Notes: generated from the sequence alone by a model not told the origin. Positions 21,430 through 34,271 are shown, counted from the stretch's first letter. The stretch is DNA of 64,000 bases from a bacterium (GCA_037130335.1 JBAXTD010000001.1:103419-167418), one strand, 5' to 3'. Numbers and translations are program-made.

Positions 21430-21732
21430 ATGCAAAATTCATCTTCATCAAAAAAGTTTGCCATAGCGGCAATCATTATTGTCATCATCATTGTTATTTA
21501 TATGGTGGTTAAAAAATCAGGTTCAAGTACTGTTTCTCAAACAGAAACAAATAATTCTCAGACAGAAACAACAAGTACTACAACACCAACTTCTTCGAAT
21601 CCTGCTGTATCACAAGTTCAAACAAATGGTAATTCAGATGCCTCACTTGTCAAAGATTCTGTAGTTATTGATACTGAGCTTCAAGGATTTAATGTTGAGT
21701 CGAGTGCTGCAACTGCAACAACTACTCAATAA
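21430..21732 (+). CDS. Small membrane-anchored S/T-rich protein
   Basis: N-terminal TM and low-complexity tail. Confidence 0.6.
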   Translation: MQNSSSSKKFAIAAIIIVIIIVIYMVVKKSGSSTVSQTETNNSQTETTSTTTPTSSNPAVSQVQTNGNSDASLVKDSVVIDTELQGFNVESSAATATTTQ

Positions 21733-21757
21733 TTATTAATATAATTTATTTATATAT

Positions 21758-22582
21758 ATGAAAAATAAAAAAATTGCTCTCGTTAGTTTGGGTACAGCAG
21801 CAGGAACATTGATGTTGTTTAGTTTTGCAACACTTGCATTTGCACAAGGTGGTACAGCAAGTACAAAATTAGCAACAAAAACAAAGGTTAATCAAAGTAG
21901 CCTTGTTGAAAAATCAAATAAAGAAATTGATAAAAGAGTATCTGATTTGACTGATCTCCAATCTAGAATTTCTGTAATGAAAAATATGAGTAGTTCTCAA
22001 GTTTCTACTCTCACTGCATCTTTGGAATCTCAAAAAACTGAACTTTCTAATTTGAAAAGTAAAATTGCTTCAGATACAGATATGAAAAGTTTAACAGCGG
22101 ATGCAAAATCTATTACTGCAAATAATCGCACATATGCATTGGTTCTTCCAAAAGCTCGTATTCTCATTGCAGCTGATCGCGCAACTACGCTTACAGACAT
22201 GCTCACATCTCTCGGTGTAAAGTTGCAAGCTCGTATTTCTGAGGTTCAAGCTACAGGTAAAGATGTAACTGCACTTACTGCAGCTCTCGTAGATTTCAAT
22301 GCAAAACTTGCTGATGCTACAAGTTTGTCTGCAAGTATTCCAGCTGGAATTTCAAATCTCGTTCCTGATCAAGGAAACAAGACTGTAGCGGCTTCAAATG
22401 AAACAGCACTCAAAACAGCTCGTAAAAATTTAACACTCATCGATAAAGATTTGAAAGCAGCACGCGCTGATATGAAAATAATTATGGGTGGGGTAAAAGG
22501 TGTTGGACCAAGTGCTGGAGAAAACAAACAAGAATCAGAAACTGAAACTCACGCAACAACAACAGGTGAGGTAAATCAATAA
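21758..22582 (+). CDS. Secreted helical/coiled-coil hypothetical protein
   Basis: Signal peptide (AFA|Q), helical heptads, followed by a terminator. Confidence 0.7.
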   Translation: MKNKKIALVSLGTAAGTLMLFSFATLAFAQGGTASTKLATKTKVNQSSLVEKSNKEIDKRVSDLTDLQSRISVMKNMSSSQVSTLTASLESQKTELSNLKSKIASDTDMKSLTADAKSITANNRTYALVLPKARILIAADRATTLTDMLTSLGVKLQARISEVQATGKDVTALTAALVDFNAKLADATSLSASIPAGISNLVPDQGNKTVAASNETALKTARKNLTLIDKDLKAARADMKIIMGGVKGVGPSAGENKQESETETHATTTGEVNQ

Positions 22583-22600
22583 TTCAGAAAATATATTTCA

Positions 22601-22646
22601 CAAAATTCCTCGCATTTCGTCAAACGACGAAGCGAGGAATTTTTGT
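22601..22646 (+). terminator. Intrinsic terminator
   Basis: CAAAATTCCTCGC...GCGAGGAATTTTTG. Confidence 0.6.
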
Positions 22647-22679
22647 GTTAGTATAGAAAGGTAGAATATTTTAATTATT

Positions 22680-23054
22680 ATGAAATTTCAAACAACAACA
22701 ATTTCTGGGGCAGGGCGAGGTAAAACGATGGGATATCCAACGGTTAATATGATTGTTCCAGATGATATACCTGTAGTTCTACGGCCTGGTGTATATGCAG
22801 CCAAAGCGATAATAAAAAACCAAATGTATAATGGTGCTCTTTATTATGGACCAATTCCAGTGTTTAATCAGACTGACTCAAGTCTCGAAATTTATCTTTT
22901 GGATACACTTAATTTGTATGTCCCCGAAGGTGAATTGATTGAAATCGAAACTGTAAAATTTATACGAGGTGTTATGGAATTTGATTTTCCTGAATTGCTG
23001 ATTAGACAAATGGATACTGATGTTGCATTAATTCGTAAGGCACTCAAAATATAA
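22680..23054 (+). CDS. Stand-alone riboflavin kinase (RibF C-terminal domain)
   Basis: GAGRGKTMGYPTVN, PGVYA, EIYLLD and FIR motifs. Confidence 0.8.
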   Translation: MKFQTTTISGAGRGKTMGYPTVNMIVPDDIPVVLRPGVYAAKAIIKNQMYNGALYYGPIPVFNQTDSSLEIYLLDTLNLYVPEGELIEIETVKFIRGVMEFDFPELLIRQMDTDVALIRKALKI

Positions 23055-23078
23055 TTTTTTTAATTCAAATTTGCGTGT

Positions 23079-25673
23079 ATGAAAAAAAGTAATAAAAAAA
23101 TAAAAAAAACTTCTGTTAGATTGCCTACTATTGCAACACCAATTCATTATGCAATTACGCTCAAGCCAGATTTAGAATCGCGTACTTTTTTTGGACATGA
23201 AACAATTATGGTTTCTTTGGAAAAACAGACCAAAAAAATCACATTACATTCAACTGAGCTTTCAATCAAAACTGTCAATATTATTTTTGGTAAACACAAT
23301 ATTGAAGCATCAAAAATTACATATAATACAAATATCGAAACGGTAACATTTGAATTTAAACAAATGCTTCCAAAGGGTAAACTCAAATTATCCATCGTGT
23401 TTACTGGAATACTTGCCGAAAACATGCGGGGATTTTATACGAGTAAGTATGTTGTAGACGGTGTCGAGCATGTAATGGCGACAACGCAGTTTGAAGCTAC
23501 GGATGCTCGACGTGCATTTCCATGTTTTGATGAACCGACACACAAGGCGGTGTTTGATGTAAATTTGATAATACCTGGAGATAAAATGGCAATTTCAAAC
23601 ACATTGCCAACATCAATTATAGAGCATGAAGCAGGATACAAAATTGTTTCATTTGCGTCGACGCCAAAGATGTCTACGTATTTACTCGCGTTTATCGTCG
23701 GAAATTTCGAGTGGCTCGAACAAAAAACAAAAAGTGGCGTGCTTGTGCGTGTACTCACGGTGCCTGGTAAATCGCATCAAGGAGCGTTTGCGCTTGATGT
23801 GACCGTACGATGTCTCGAATTTTACGAAGAATATTTTGGAATTTCATACCCACTCAACACGCTTGATATGATTGCGATTCCTGATTTTTCATCACTTGCG
23901 ATGGAAAACTGGGGTGCGATTACATTTCGAGAAATTGGACTCTTGTTTGATGAAAAACATACTTCAATAGCGTACAAACAATTGGTCGCATTGGTGATTG
24001 CACATGAACTTGCACATCAGTGGTTTGGAAATTTGGTAACGATGGAATGGTGGACACATTTGTGGCTCAATGAAGGTTTTGCAACATACATCGAATTTTT
24101 TGCGATAGACAAATTGTTTCCTGAATATGACATTTGGAGTCAGTTTATCGTAGGAGCTACGGCAACAGGTGGACATGGTCTGGGTTCTGCGCTTCATCTC
24201 GATGCACTTTCTCATACGCATCCAATCGAAATCGAAGTACATGATCCAAATGAAATCGGGGAAATTTTTGATGCCGTGTCATACGACAAAGGCGCAGCTG
24301 TCATACGAATGCTTGCTGAATATTTAGGAGAAAAAGATTTCCAAAAAGGCTTGCAACAATATCTCAAAAAACATAGTTACAAAAATGCGAGCACGATTCA
24401 TTTATGGGAAGCGTTCGAAAAAGTTTCCAAAAAGCCAGTCAAAAAAATGATGTCTGTGTGGACAAAAAAAGCAGGGTATCCAATTCTCGAAGCACACATT
24501 TCAAAAAACAACATATTACTTTCTCAAAAAAGATATTTTTCTAGTTCAACCAGCGCAAAGAAAATAAAAGACCATACATTGTGGCCAATCCCTATTTCGT
24601 GTGCCACAAAAGATGGTGAACATAAATTTCCACTGATGGCAAAAAAACAAATGATTATACCGCCCCCTGTTGATTCGTGGATTAAATTTAATTCACGAGA
24701 GACATCACTATATCGCACATTGTATGACAAGCAATTGATTACGTTGTTACAGAAACCACTTATTGAAAAAACACTTTCAGTTTCTGATCGAGTTGGAATT
24801 GTTCGTGATGCGTTTTCTTTTGCTGAATCAGGAGAAATGAATACAACTGATGTGCTTGAATTGGTACTTTTGTATAAAAATGAAACAGAATATATCGTAT
24901 GGATTGAAATTGTTTCTGGTTTGTTGTTTATTGCAAATATATTGCATGACACAAAATCATATGTAAATTTCAAAAAATATACTCGAGATGTTTTGTCTGA
25001 AATTATTACTCATGTCGGATTCGACATGCAATCTGGTGAATCAGAAAACAATACACAGCTTCGATCGCTCATATTAAATACTGCATCGTATTTCGGGAAT
25101 ACTGATGTGATTGAATGGGCAAAAAAGGCGTTTATGTATCGAAATGAAAAAAATATTCATCCAGATTTACGTAAATGTGTATATGCAACTCTCATTCGAG
25201 AGGGTGGGGAAATTGAATACGAAATATTGCTTGTAATGTATCGAAATGAAACACTTCACGAAGAAAAAAATCGAATCCTTGCTGCACTAGGAAAGACACA
25301 AAATAAAAAATTACTTTTGCGGACACTCGATTTTGCCCTTCAAGATGAAGTGCGAATGCAGGATCGAAATGGTTTGTTTGCAAGTGTGCTTACTAATCCG
25401 TATGGTAAGGATCTCGGATGGTTGTATTTGAAAACAAATTGGCAAAAAATAGGTGAGGTGTATGGAGAGGGTAATCACTTGCTTTCGCGACTTATTTCGG
25501 CGCTTAATCTCAATACAACCAAACAGTCATATGATGATATAAAATCATTTTTCAAAACACACAGAGATTCATCTGCCGAGCGCACAATACAGCAAACGCT
25601 CGAACACATCGATTCAAACATCAAATGGCTAGCACGAGATGAAATTAAAATTTCAAAGTGGCTTAAAGGGTAG
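23079..25673 (+). CDS. pepN: M1 family aminopeptidase (PepN/puromycin-sensitive type)
   Basis: TQFEATDARRAFPCFDEP, AMENWG, HELAHQWFGNLVT and NEGFA. Confidence 0.93.
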   Translation: MKKSNKKIKKTSVRLPTIATPIHYAITLKPDLESRTFFGHETIMVSLEKQTKKITLHSTELSIKTVNIIFGKHNIEASKITYNTNIETVTFEFKQMLPKGKLKLSIVFTGILAENMRGFYTSKYVVDGVEHVMATTQFEATDARRAFPCFDEPTHKAVFDVNLIIPGDKMAISNTLPTSIIEHEAGYKIVSFASTPKMSTYLLAFIVGNFEWLEQKTKSGVLVRVLTVPGKSHQGAFALDVTVRCLEFYEEYFGISYPLNTLDMIAIPDFSSLAMENWGAITFREIGLLFDEKHTSIAYKQLVALVIAHELAHQWFGNLVTMEWWTHLWLNEGFATYIEFFAIDKLFPEYDIWSQFIVGATATGGHGLGSALHLDALSHTHPIEIEVHDPNEIGEIFDAVSYDKGAAVIRMLAEYLGEKDFQKGLQQYLKKHSYKNASTIHLWEAFEKVSKKPVKKMMSVWTKKAGYPILEAHISKNNILLSQKRYFSSSTSAKKIKDHTLWPIPISCATKDGEHKFPLMAKKQMIIPPPVDSWIKFNSRETSLYRTLYDKQLITLLQKPLIEKTLSVSDRVGIVRDAFSFAESGEMNTTDVLELVLLYKNETEYIVWIEIVSGLLFIANILHDTKSYVNFKKYTRDVLSEIITHVGFDMQSGESENNTQLRSLILNTASYFGNTDVIEWAKKAFMYRNEKNIHPDLRKCVYATLIREGGEIEYEILLVMYRNETLHEEKNRILAALGKTQNKKLLLRTLDFALQDEVRMQDRNGLFASVLTNPYGKDLGWLYLKTNWQKIGEVYGEGNHLLSRLISALNLNTTKQSYDDIKSFFKTHRDSSAERTIQQTLEHIDSNIKWLARDEIKISKWLKG

Positions 25674-25719
25674 ATTAAAATAAAAAACTCATTTTAAAAA
25701 TGAGTTTTTTATTTTTTAC

Positions 25720-27804
25720 TTATACTGCGAGAAGTACGGGGATGACGAGTGGGCGTTTTGCTGTTTTTTGGAAAAGGAATCGTGAGAGATTATCTCCGAG
25801 AACACTTCGTGTCGTGTCGAAGTTTACAATACCAAAGCCTTTGCTACTGTTTTCTTCGAGTGTTGTTTTTACAATTTGGCGAGCTTCATGGAGAAGATCT
25901 TGGGATTCTTTGAGATATACAAATCCGCGAGAAATAATATCAGGGGACTTTTTGAGTTTACCTGTCTTTTGGTCGATTGTGGCAACGATAACAAACATGC
26001 CGTCTTGAGAAAGCATTTGACGGTCACGGATTACAACATCCTGTTCGTCACCAATTGTAAATCCATCAACCATCATGATACCTGATGCAGCTTTTTCTTT
26101 GCGTAATGTCATCTTTTGTCCATCAGCAGAAATTTCAATGATCGAGCCATTGTCTGGAACTATGATGTGGTCTTCTGCCATGCCAATTTCCATTGCAAGT
26201 TCTTTGTGTGATTGAAGAAACGAATGATGTCCGTGAATTGGAATAAAGAACTTGGCATGAATTTTTTTGTGTAGCCAACGAACATCTTCTTTGTTGCCGT
26301 GTCCTGTAGCGTGCACGAAATCTTCACCAGGAGTTCTGTAACTAATTATTTTTACTCCTTGACGAGAAAGACCATCTTTCATTCTTTGAACTTGGCGTTC
26401 GTTGCCGGGAATAATCGAAGCCGAGAGAATAATCGTGTCGCCTTTTTTGAGCATGAATTTTTTGTGTGATTTATTTGCAGCACGATTGAGCGATGCAAAC
26501 TCTTCTCCTTGCGCACCTGTCATCAAAATAATGATTCGATCGGGCGCGTAATTATCAACATCTTCAATTTGAATGATGGTGTCTTTTTTGACTTTGAGAA
26601 GTCCTGCTTCGATTGCAACTTCAATGTTGCTTTTCATTGAACGTCCATCGAGAACAACTTTTTTACCAAGTTCTTCTGCAATTTGGATAACTTTGATAAG
26701 ACGTGTGATGTGTGAAGCAAAGGCTGCAATAATCAAACGACTTTTGATGCGTTTAATGAGACTTTCGAGACCTTGATGCACTTTTATTTCAGGAAGCGAG
26801 AATCCTTCGTTTTCTATGTTTGTCGAATCAGTCAACAAAAGCAAATTGTTTGCGTTATCAAAAATTGAATATTCTTTTTCTTCGGCATCACTTACAATTC
26901 CATCAACTTGGTCGAGCTTGTAATCTCCTGGTGTAATGATGTTTCCGTTTGGAGTTTCAATAATGATTCCCATTGAATCTGGAATTGTGTGAGTCACACC
27001 AAATGTACGGACACGCATCTTGCCCAAAAGAAGAACTTCGTTTTTTTCTACGACGATTGTGTTGAGTGCGGGAAGGTGAGGGAATTCTGCTTGACGCTTT
27101 TTCATCATGAGCACAGAAAGATTTCGAGAGTATACAGGAGGATTTCCGATACGTGAAAGTACGAGTGGAACTCCACCAATGTGATCTAAGTGTCCGTGTG
27201 TGATGATGAGTGCGCGAATTTTATCTTTGCGTTCCTCGAGGTATGTTGTGTTTGGAATAACATAATCGATACCAGGAGTTTCTTCTGTGGCAAAGTGCAT
27301 ACCAGCATCGATGACTATAATGTCATCTTTGGTTTCAATAGCGGTCATGTTTTTGCCGATTTCTTCGACACCTCCAAGTGGAATGATACGGTACACACCT
27401 TCCTCTGGTGGTGGAATAATTGCACCTTTTGGTTTTTTGTTTTCAGTTACAACTGTGCGTGAATGATTTGGATTTTGTGGTTTAGCACCTTTTCTTTTGT
27501 GTTCAAATTTTGGATATTGATATGAAGGGCGAGAAGGTCGGTCTTTGTTTGCACTTGCTGCAGCGGCATCGAGAACTTTGTTTGGATGATTTTGAGGTGT
27601 TCTGTTTTGTGTAAACGTAGGACGTGGTGCATGAGTGTGTGGTGTAGCTGTTTTGTTGTTTGGATGATGATACGGACGTCGTGGGCCGTTTGAAAACGGT
27701 CGAGGTGTTTGCGTACTTTGATTTCCGGTAGCGTTTGGCATATCGGATTTTAGTGATTGTAATATTGCTCCAAGTGGAGAACGGGGTTTTTGTGGTCGTG
27801 GCAT
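25720..27804 (-). CDS. rnj: Ribonuclease J with long N-terminal extension
   Basis: PLGGVEEIGKNM, THGHLDHIG, HATGH and FIPIHG motifs. Confidence 0.93.
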   Translation of the reverse strand: MPRPQKPRSPLGAILQSLKSDMPNATGNQSTQTPRPFSNGPRRPYHHPNNKTATPHTHAPRPTFTQNRTPQNHPNKVLDAAAASANKDRPSRPSYQYPKFEHKRKGAKPQNPNHSRTVVTENKKPKGAIIPPPEEGVYRIIPLGGVEEIGKNMTAIETKDDIIVIDAGMHFATEETPGIDYVIPNTTYLEERKDKIRALIITHGHLDHIGGVPLVLSRIGNPPVYSRNLSVLMMKKRQAEFPHLPALNTIVVEKNEVLLLGKMRVRTFGVTHTIPDSMGIIIETPNGNIITPGDYKLDQVDGIVSDAEEKEYSIFDNANNLLLLTDSTNIENEGFSLPEIKVHQGLESLIKRIKSRLIIAAFASHITRLIKVIQIAEELGKKVVLDGRSMKSNIEVAIEAGLLKVKKDTIIQIEDVDNYAPDRIIILMTGAQGEEFASLNRAANKSHKKFMLKKGDTIILSASIIPGNERQVQRMKDGLSRQGVKIISYRTPGEDFVHATGHGNKEDVRWLHKKIHAKFFIPIHGHHSFLQSHKELAMEIGMAEDHIIVPDNGSIIEISADGQKMTLRKEKAASGIMMVDGFTIGDEQDVVIRDRQMLSQDGMFVIVATIDQKTGKLKKSPDIISRGFVYLKESQDLLHEARQIVKTTLEENSSKGFGIVNFDTTRSVLGDNLSRFLFQKTAKRPLVIPVLLAV

Positions 27805-27838
27805 GTAATTATTTTATAAGTTGATAAGGGCACAATTA

Positions 27839-29566
27839 TTATTTTGCAAATATTTTCCACACATTGTCGGTAGCGAGATACCAATTATTTTCATTAAAAA
27901 ATCTATCTTCCGGTCGATTGATGTGTGAGAGCGTAATGCCTTCACTAATGTCCGGACGAACGACATATATGTATGATGGGGAATAAATAAACACTGCAGG
28001 AATATCTGATGCAATTTCGTTTTCAAATTTTTGATACATTGTGTTTTGTTTGTCTGTATCGAGAATGCTTTTTCCTTGTTCAAGTAATTTGTCTACTGTT
28101 GCGTTTGCATATCCAGAAATATTTAATCCTGGGCTTGTGCGTTGTGATGAGTCCCAGAATGCAAATAGGTCAGCTTGGTTGGAGACCACTTGTCCAAAGA
28201 AAAGTGATTGAAATTTTCGTGGACGAATGATGTCTTGATTCAAACTTCCTGTTTCGTATACTTTTGGAATTGCTTCGATACCTACTTGTTTTAAATCAGC
28301 AACAATGTGGTCTATTGATTGCTTGAGTTCAGGTATGTTGTTTGTGTCAATTTCAAAAGAGAGTCTTGCTGTTTCTTTTTTTGAAATTACTTTTGTGTAA
28401 ATTCCATCAGCTCCTAATTTCCATCCATCTTTTTCTAATATTTTTTTTGCTTGAGTAACGTCTCCTGTCTGGTGAGTATCTGATACATCGTCAGTTAAAT
28501 GAATACTTTGTGGTATTGGGCTATCGATAGATTGTCCATATCCGAGTAATACATCTTTTACAATAGCATCTTTGTTGATTGCAATACTGATTGCTTGGCG
28601 TACTTTTATATCTGCAAAAAAGCTTGCTTGGCTTTGATTAAAAAATAGTCCAAAGATACGAGGTAGTGGTGTGGTTAAAACAATGGCACCTTTTTTGGCA
28701 AGCTGTGCTGCATCAACTGGATCGATACCACCCATAGTGTCGATATCTCCAGAGTTGTATGCGGCGATAAGTGTGTCTTCGCTTGTATAAAACTTCATTA
28801 CAATTGTATCAATACGTGGAGCGCCATCGGAATTTTTGCGATACGCAGACAATGTGTAATCTTGTGGAATACCTGAAGATGTTTGTGAAATTTTTGATAT
28901 TTTATACCATCCACTTCCGACAACGTTCGTTGTGTTGTTTGTGCTGTATGTCCAGTTATCATATGAAATATTTTGCCAGACATGTTTGGGTAAAATTCCA
29001 AGTGTAGTGTTTGCAAGAAAAGGTGCGTAAGGTTGTTTGAGTGTAAACGTGATGGTTGATGGATCGATAACTTTTGCACTCACACCCTCCCATGATACTT
29101 GTTCTGAACTATTTAGTGTTGGATTAACGGCTGAATTGATTGTAAACAATACATCGTCAGCGGTGATTTGTACGCCATCTTGGAAATATGCTTTCTTGAG
29201 AGTGAATGTATATGTGAGATTGTCACTTGAAACTGAATATGATTGTGCAAGATCTGGTACGAGATTTCCATCTGTGTCTTCTTTCATGAGACCTCGGTAT
29301 ACAAGTCTCGAAATGTCTTTGTCTGCATCTGTAACGGTGATAAGTGGATTCACATATCGTGGAGTCCCGATAATTCCTTCATGTAATGTGCCACCTTGCG
29401 TTGGGTAGGTGACGAGAAAATGATTATTGATTTTGTAAATTATTCTGCATATTGCTGTTACGCAAATAATAATTGCAATAATAAATACCACTCGTTCAAT
29501 TAATGAAAAAGTTCCGAGTGCACGAGATATATACTGTCGCACCGATAGATGCTCTTTTTGATCCAT
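27839..29566 (-). CDS. Peptide ABC transporter substrate-binding protein (family 5)
   Basis: GGTLHEGIIGTPRYVNP, PDLAQSY, YTFTL..AYFQDG..ITADDV. Confidence 0.85.
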   Translation of the reverse strand: MDQKEHLSVRQYISRALGTFSLIERVVFIIAIIICVTAICRIIYKINNHFLVTYPTQGGTLHEGIIGTPRYVNPLITVTDADKDISRLVYRGLMKEDTDGNLVPDLAQSYSVSSDNLTYTFTLKKAYFQDGVQITADDVLFTINSAVNPTLNSSEQVSWEGVSAKVIDPSTITFTLKQPYAPFLANTTLGILPKHVWQNISYDNWTYSTNNTTNVVGSGWYKISKISQTSSGIPQDYTLSAYRKNSDGAPRIDTIVMKFYTSEDTLIAAYNSGDIDTMGGIDPVDAAQLAKKGAIVLTTPLPRIFGLFFNQSQASFFADIKVRQAISIAINKDAIVKDVLLGYGQSIDSPIPQSIHLTDDVSDTHQTGDVTQAKKILEKDGWKLGADGIYTKVISKKETARLSFEIDTNNIPELKQSIDHIVADLKQVGIEAIPKVYETGSLNQDIIRPRKFQSLFFGQVVSNQADLFAFWDSSQRTSPGLNISGYANATVDKLLEQGKSILDTDKQNTMYQKFENEIASDIPAVFIYSPSYIYVVRPDISEGITLSHINRPEDRFFNENNWYLATDNVWKIFAK

Positions 29567-29615
29567 AATGATTATGTATAAAAATGTTGTGTAAAGAAAT
29601 ATCTAAAAAGATATT

Positions 29616-29855
29616 TTAGTGAAATACGATTGCAAATACGCCAAGGGCGATAAACAAAATACCAAGTACGATTGTGGCAATAAAGAGTACTTTTTCAAAT
29701 CCGCGTTTAGTTTTGAACGCATTCATTCCGCTTGAACCTCCAAAAGACCCACCAACACCGGCAGTAGAAGGCTGCAAAAGAATAGCGGCCACAAGGAGAA
29801 CTGAGATTGTGATTTGCGCGATTGGCAAAAATTTTATAATTAACGTGTGGAACAT
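29616..29855 (-). CDS. secG: Preprotein translocase subunit SecG
   Basis: ILLQ..AGVGGSFGG...TKRGFEKVLF; two TM segments. Confidence 0.88.
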   Translation of the reverse strand: MFHTLIIKFLPIAQITISVLLVAAILLQPSTAGVGGSFGGSSGMNAFKTKRGFEKVLFIATIVLGILFIALGVFAIVFH

Positions 29856-29947
29856 TGCAAAGAAAGTATGCCATATCGGGGTCAAAAATGCAATATCCCC
29901 ATGTTTTTATTTCCTGTCGGTTGATGTGAGTGTTATAATTTTTGTGT

Positions 29948-31405
29948 ATGATTTCTCAAAAAAATACTATTGAAAATTTAGAAGATTCTTTTGTTGTCGA
30001 AGGCGCAGAAATTGAATCTGTGCCGACTGTTGAAATAAAAACCGGAGGACAGCTCTTTGTAAATGGAGTACCTTTTAGTGAATACGGTCGTGTGAGTTAT
30101 GGCCACAAGCAACGAGATGGCGTGTTTGGTTTTCATGATGACTTTGATAACAAAAATTTTATTGATCCACGAAATCCCGCAAAGGTTTTCCCGTCAATCC
30201 GTGTAGATGCTAATCGAAATGTCTTTGTAAAAGATTTTCACTGGGATTCTTTGCTCGGCAAAAAGTTTATTGGAAATGGCTATTTGGCATTTGTTGATCC
30301 GATTACTGAAAGCATTGTGTTTAAAACATTTACGACAAACAACGAAAAAGACCAAAGTGAAGTTGTGGTCAATAATGTTTCTTGGAAAAACAAATTCGCA
30401 AATATCATTTCAGTTGAGAGTTACAAAAATGTTGTTCTCGCGCTTGCTGAAAAGGAGCTCGCAAAAGTTGGTTTGTTTGTAAACGACAAGGAATGGAGTT
30501 GGCCTGCATACCAAGATCTTGAAATTCGAAAAGCAGAACGATTTCGCGATGCTACGACAAACGGATCGGGAACAGTTGTAGCCATTGTTACGTCGCAGCG
30601 TTCAGGCAAAGTTGCCGAGCATGTGTTTGTGGGGGATTATCATTCTGCAAAAAAGGAATGGAGAACATCGTTTGATTTAGTTCGAGAAGAAAATCCACAT
30701 CATGTTGCGGTTGATAAAAACTCTGACACAGTTGCTGTGGTGGGTACGATTGATGGATTTCCTACGCTCGTAGTAGATGACATTGTCTGCAAACTCAGTT
30801 CGCACCCGCATCGAGTTGAAAAACTTGCTGTCGAGAATGGTGTGGTATCGATACAATATATTGATGCAGTTGGAAAGCGTTTTGCAGAAAAAGTTTCTCT
30901 TGTTGAAAATGCGTATCAAATTCAAATGCATAAACAAGAGGCAGAACGCAATGAGGAGGCACTTCATTTACTTCGTCGATTATTGCACGAGGTCAATATT
31001 AAACCACATCAAGTTGTTGATATTTTGATTAAACACGACGATCTAAAAAATCAATTTGAAATTGTAAAACAAAAAGCCGAAGAAGTATGGCCAATAAAAA
31101 ATACAAATAACGTATTGATTTCTGAAAAAGAATTTCTTGCGCGAAATCTCGAAAATGAGAGATCAAAGAATGCTGCACTTGAGCGCAAGATTTCTGACAT
31201 GAATGAAATGATTGAAAAAGTAAAATCAGTGCTTGATGAAAACAAGCCAACAAAAGGTGTACTCAGCGATAAGTCAAAAATTAAAAAAGATGTATATGAT
31301 GTTTTGTGTACAACTGTTGGATATAAACAAAAAGAACAAATGACTCAAAACAAAGAATCAAAGAAACAAAAACCCTCAAACGATATCGCATTACTTAGTT
31401 TTTAG
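29948..31405 (+). CDS. Hypothetical protein (beta-rich N-terminus, coiled-coil C-terminus)
   Basis: Long ORF followed by terminator 31412-31443; no family recognised. Confidence 0.7.
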   Translation: MISQKNTIENLEDSFVVEGAEIESVPTVEIKTGGQLFVNGVPFSEYGRVSYGHKQRDGVFGFHDDFDNKNFIDPRNPAKVFPSIRVDANRNVFVKDFHWDSLLGKKFIGNGYLAFVDPITESIVFKTFTTNNEKDQSEVVVNNVSWKNKFANIISVESYKNVVLALAEKELAKVGLFVNDKEWSWPAYQDLEIRKAERFRDATTNGSGTVVAIVTSQRSGKVAEHVFVGDYHSAKKEWRTSFDLVREENPHHVAVDKNSDTVAVVGTIDGFPTLVVDDIVCKLSSHPHRVEKLAVENGVVSIQYIDAVGKRFAEKVSLVENAYQIQMHKQEAERNEEALHLLRRLLHEVNIKPHQVVDILIKHDDLKNQFEIVKQKAEEVWPIKNTNNVLISEKEFLARNLENERSKNAALERKISDMNEMIEKVKSVLDENKPTKGVLSDKSKIKKDVYDVLCTTVGYKQKEQMTQNKESKKQKPSNDIALLSF

Positions 31406-31493
31406 AGTTGTAACAAAAACCCTTCAATTTGAAGGGTTTTTGTTTGGCCTGAAGGGGTTTTGATGCTTATATTTCTGGGGATTACTGTATCGC

Positions 31494-31522
31494 TTGACAT
31501 TGGCTTCGCGTTCATATACTAT
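31494..31522 (+). promoter_or_regulatory. rRNA promoter
   Basis: TTGACA-17 nt-TACTAT about 170 nt upstream of the 16S. Confidence 0.7.
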
Positions 31523-31690
31523 GGTCTCCGGTAGCTCGTATGAGCGCCATTTTATATCAAAGAGCCGACACAGGGAGCGATACCGATATAAAATTTCCAA
31601 ACATTGAAAAATTAATAGAGTATATAGAGTACTACGTTTTATTTTGTTCCGTTTATATTCCAGTTTTATGAAATTTTAATTTTGTAAATT

Positions 31691-33315
<1,625 letters not shown>

Positions 33316-33570
33316 TTGAATTCTGTTTCATTTTCCTATTTATAGGGCTTTGAAATTTAGTGCGTCGATTTTTTGTGCCTCAATTGAGCACAAAAAGGTT
33401 TAGTAGGCACCTACAACTATTTGGCAGTTTGGAAAGACAAACAGGTAAGAATATTAAACGGAACAAAATATAGCGCATCACTCACATATACAAAAACAAA
33501 AAATAACATCCAAAACATTGGGTGATTTTTTGTATTTCATATAGCAAAAATATGTAGTGCGTGTTACAGT

Positions 33571-34266
33571 ATGCACGTGAATTATTTTCCTATTTTTAAA
33601 GGGTTTGATTGGGCAGTTGAGAAACTGTATACCAACGTGCGAGTATTCCTCGTACTTTTTTTTATTGGTCTTGCTGAATATGCAATTTATATGGGTACGT
33701 ATTACGGATATATTTCTGGATTTCAAATGCTTGCGGTAAGTAGTATTATCGTGCTTGGACTTCATGTAATCATTACAAATGCTGCCGTTAAACTATATAA
33801 AAACGAACATTCAAAAATTAGCTCGTTTTTTTCTGTATCATTTTCTATGATTTTTACAATAATAATTTCATACCTTATTATTGATTCTCCAAATTTATTG
33901 CGAAATATTTTTGGAAATATTTTTGTGGCGTACAGTGATGAAGTGGTTGTGATTACTGCAATATTTATATGTTTACTCGTGGTGTATAACTATATGTTTC
34001 CAGTGATTTTGGATCAAAATAAAGGTGTGATGCAATCATTTAAAGAATCCGCACGTATTTCAAATGGTGTACGATGGAAATTATTTGGATGGTTTGTTTT
34101 GGTCTTTTTTGGAATGCTTGTTGCAATTGCATTATGGAATTTTTTGTTTGCAAAAACTGGTATAGGATATGTAATTGAATTTACTGCACTTCCACTTTTT
34201 GTTGTTATGGTTCACATGATAAATGTGTATGTATATTTTGAACGCAAGAAATTATTACAGAAATAA
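33571..34266 (+). CDS. Membrane protein
   Basis: Multiple TM segments; SFKESARISNGVRWKLF. Confidence 0.65.
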   Translation: MHVNYFPIFKGFDWAVEKLYTNVRVFLVLFFIGLAEYAIYMGTYYGYISGFQMLAVSSIIVLGLHVIITNAAVKLYKNEHSKISSFFSVSFSMIFTIIISYLIIDSPNLLRNIFGNIFVAYSDEVVVITAIFICLLVVYNYMFPVILDQNKGVMQSFKESARISNGVRWKLFGWFVLVFFGMLVAIALWNFLFAKTGIGYVIEFTALPLFVVMVHMINVYVYFERKKLLQK

Positions 34267-34271
34267 TATAT

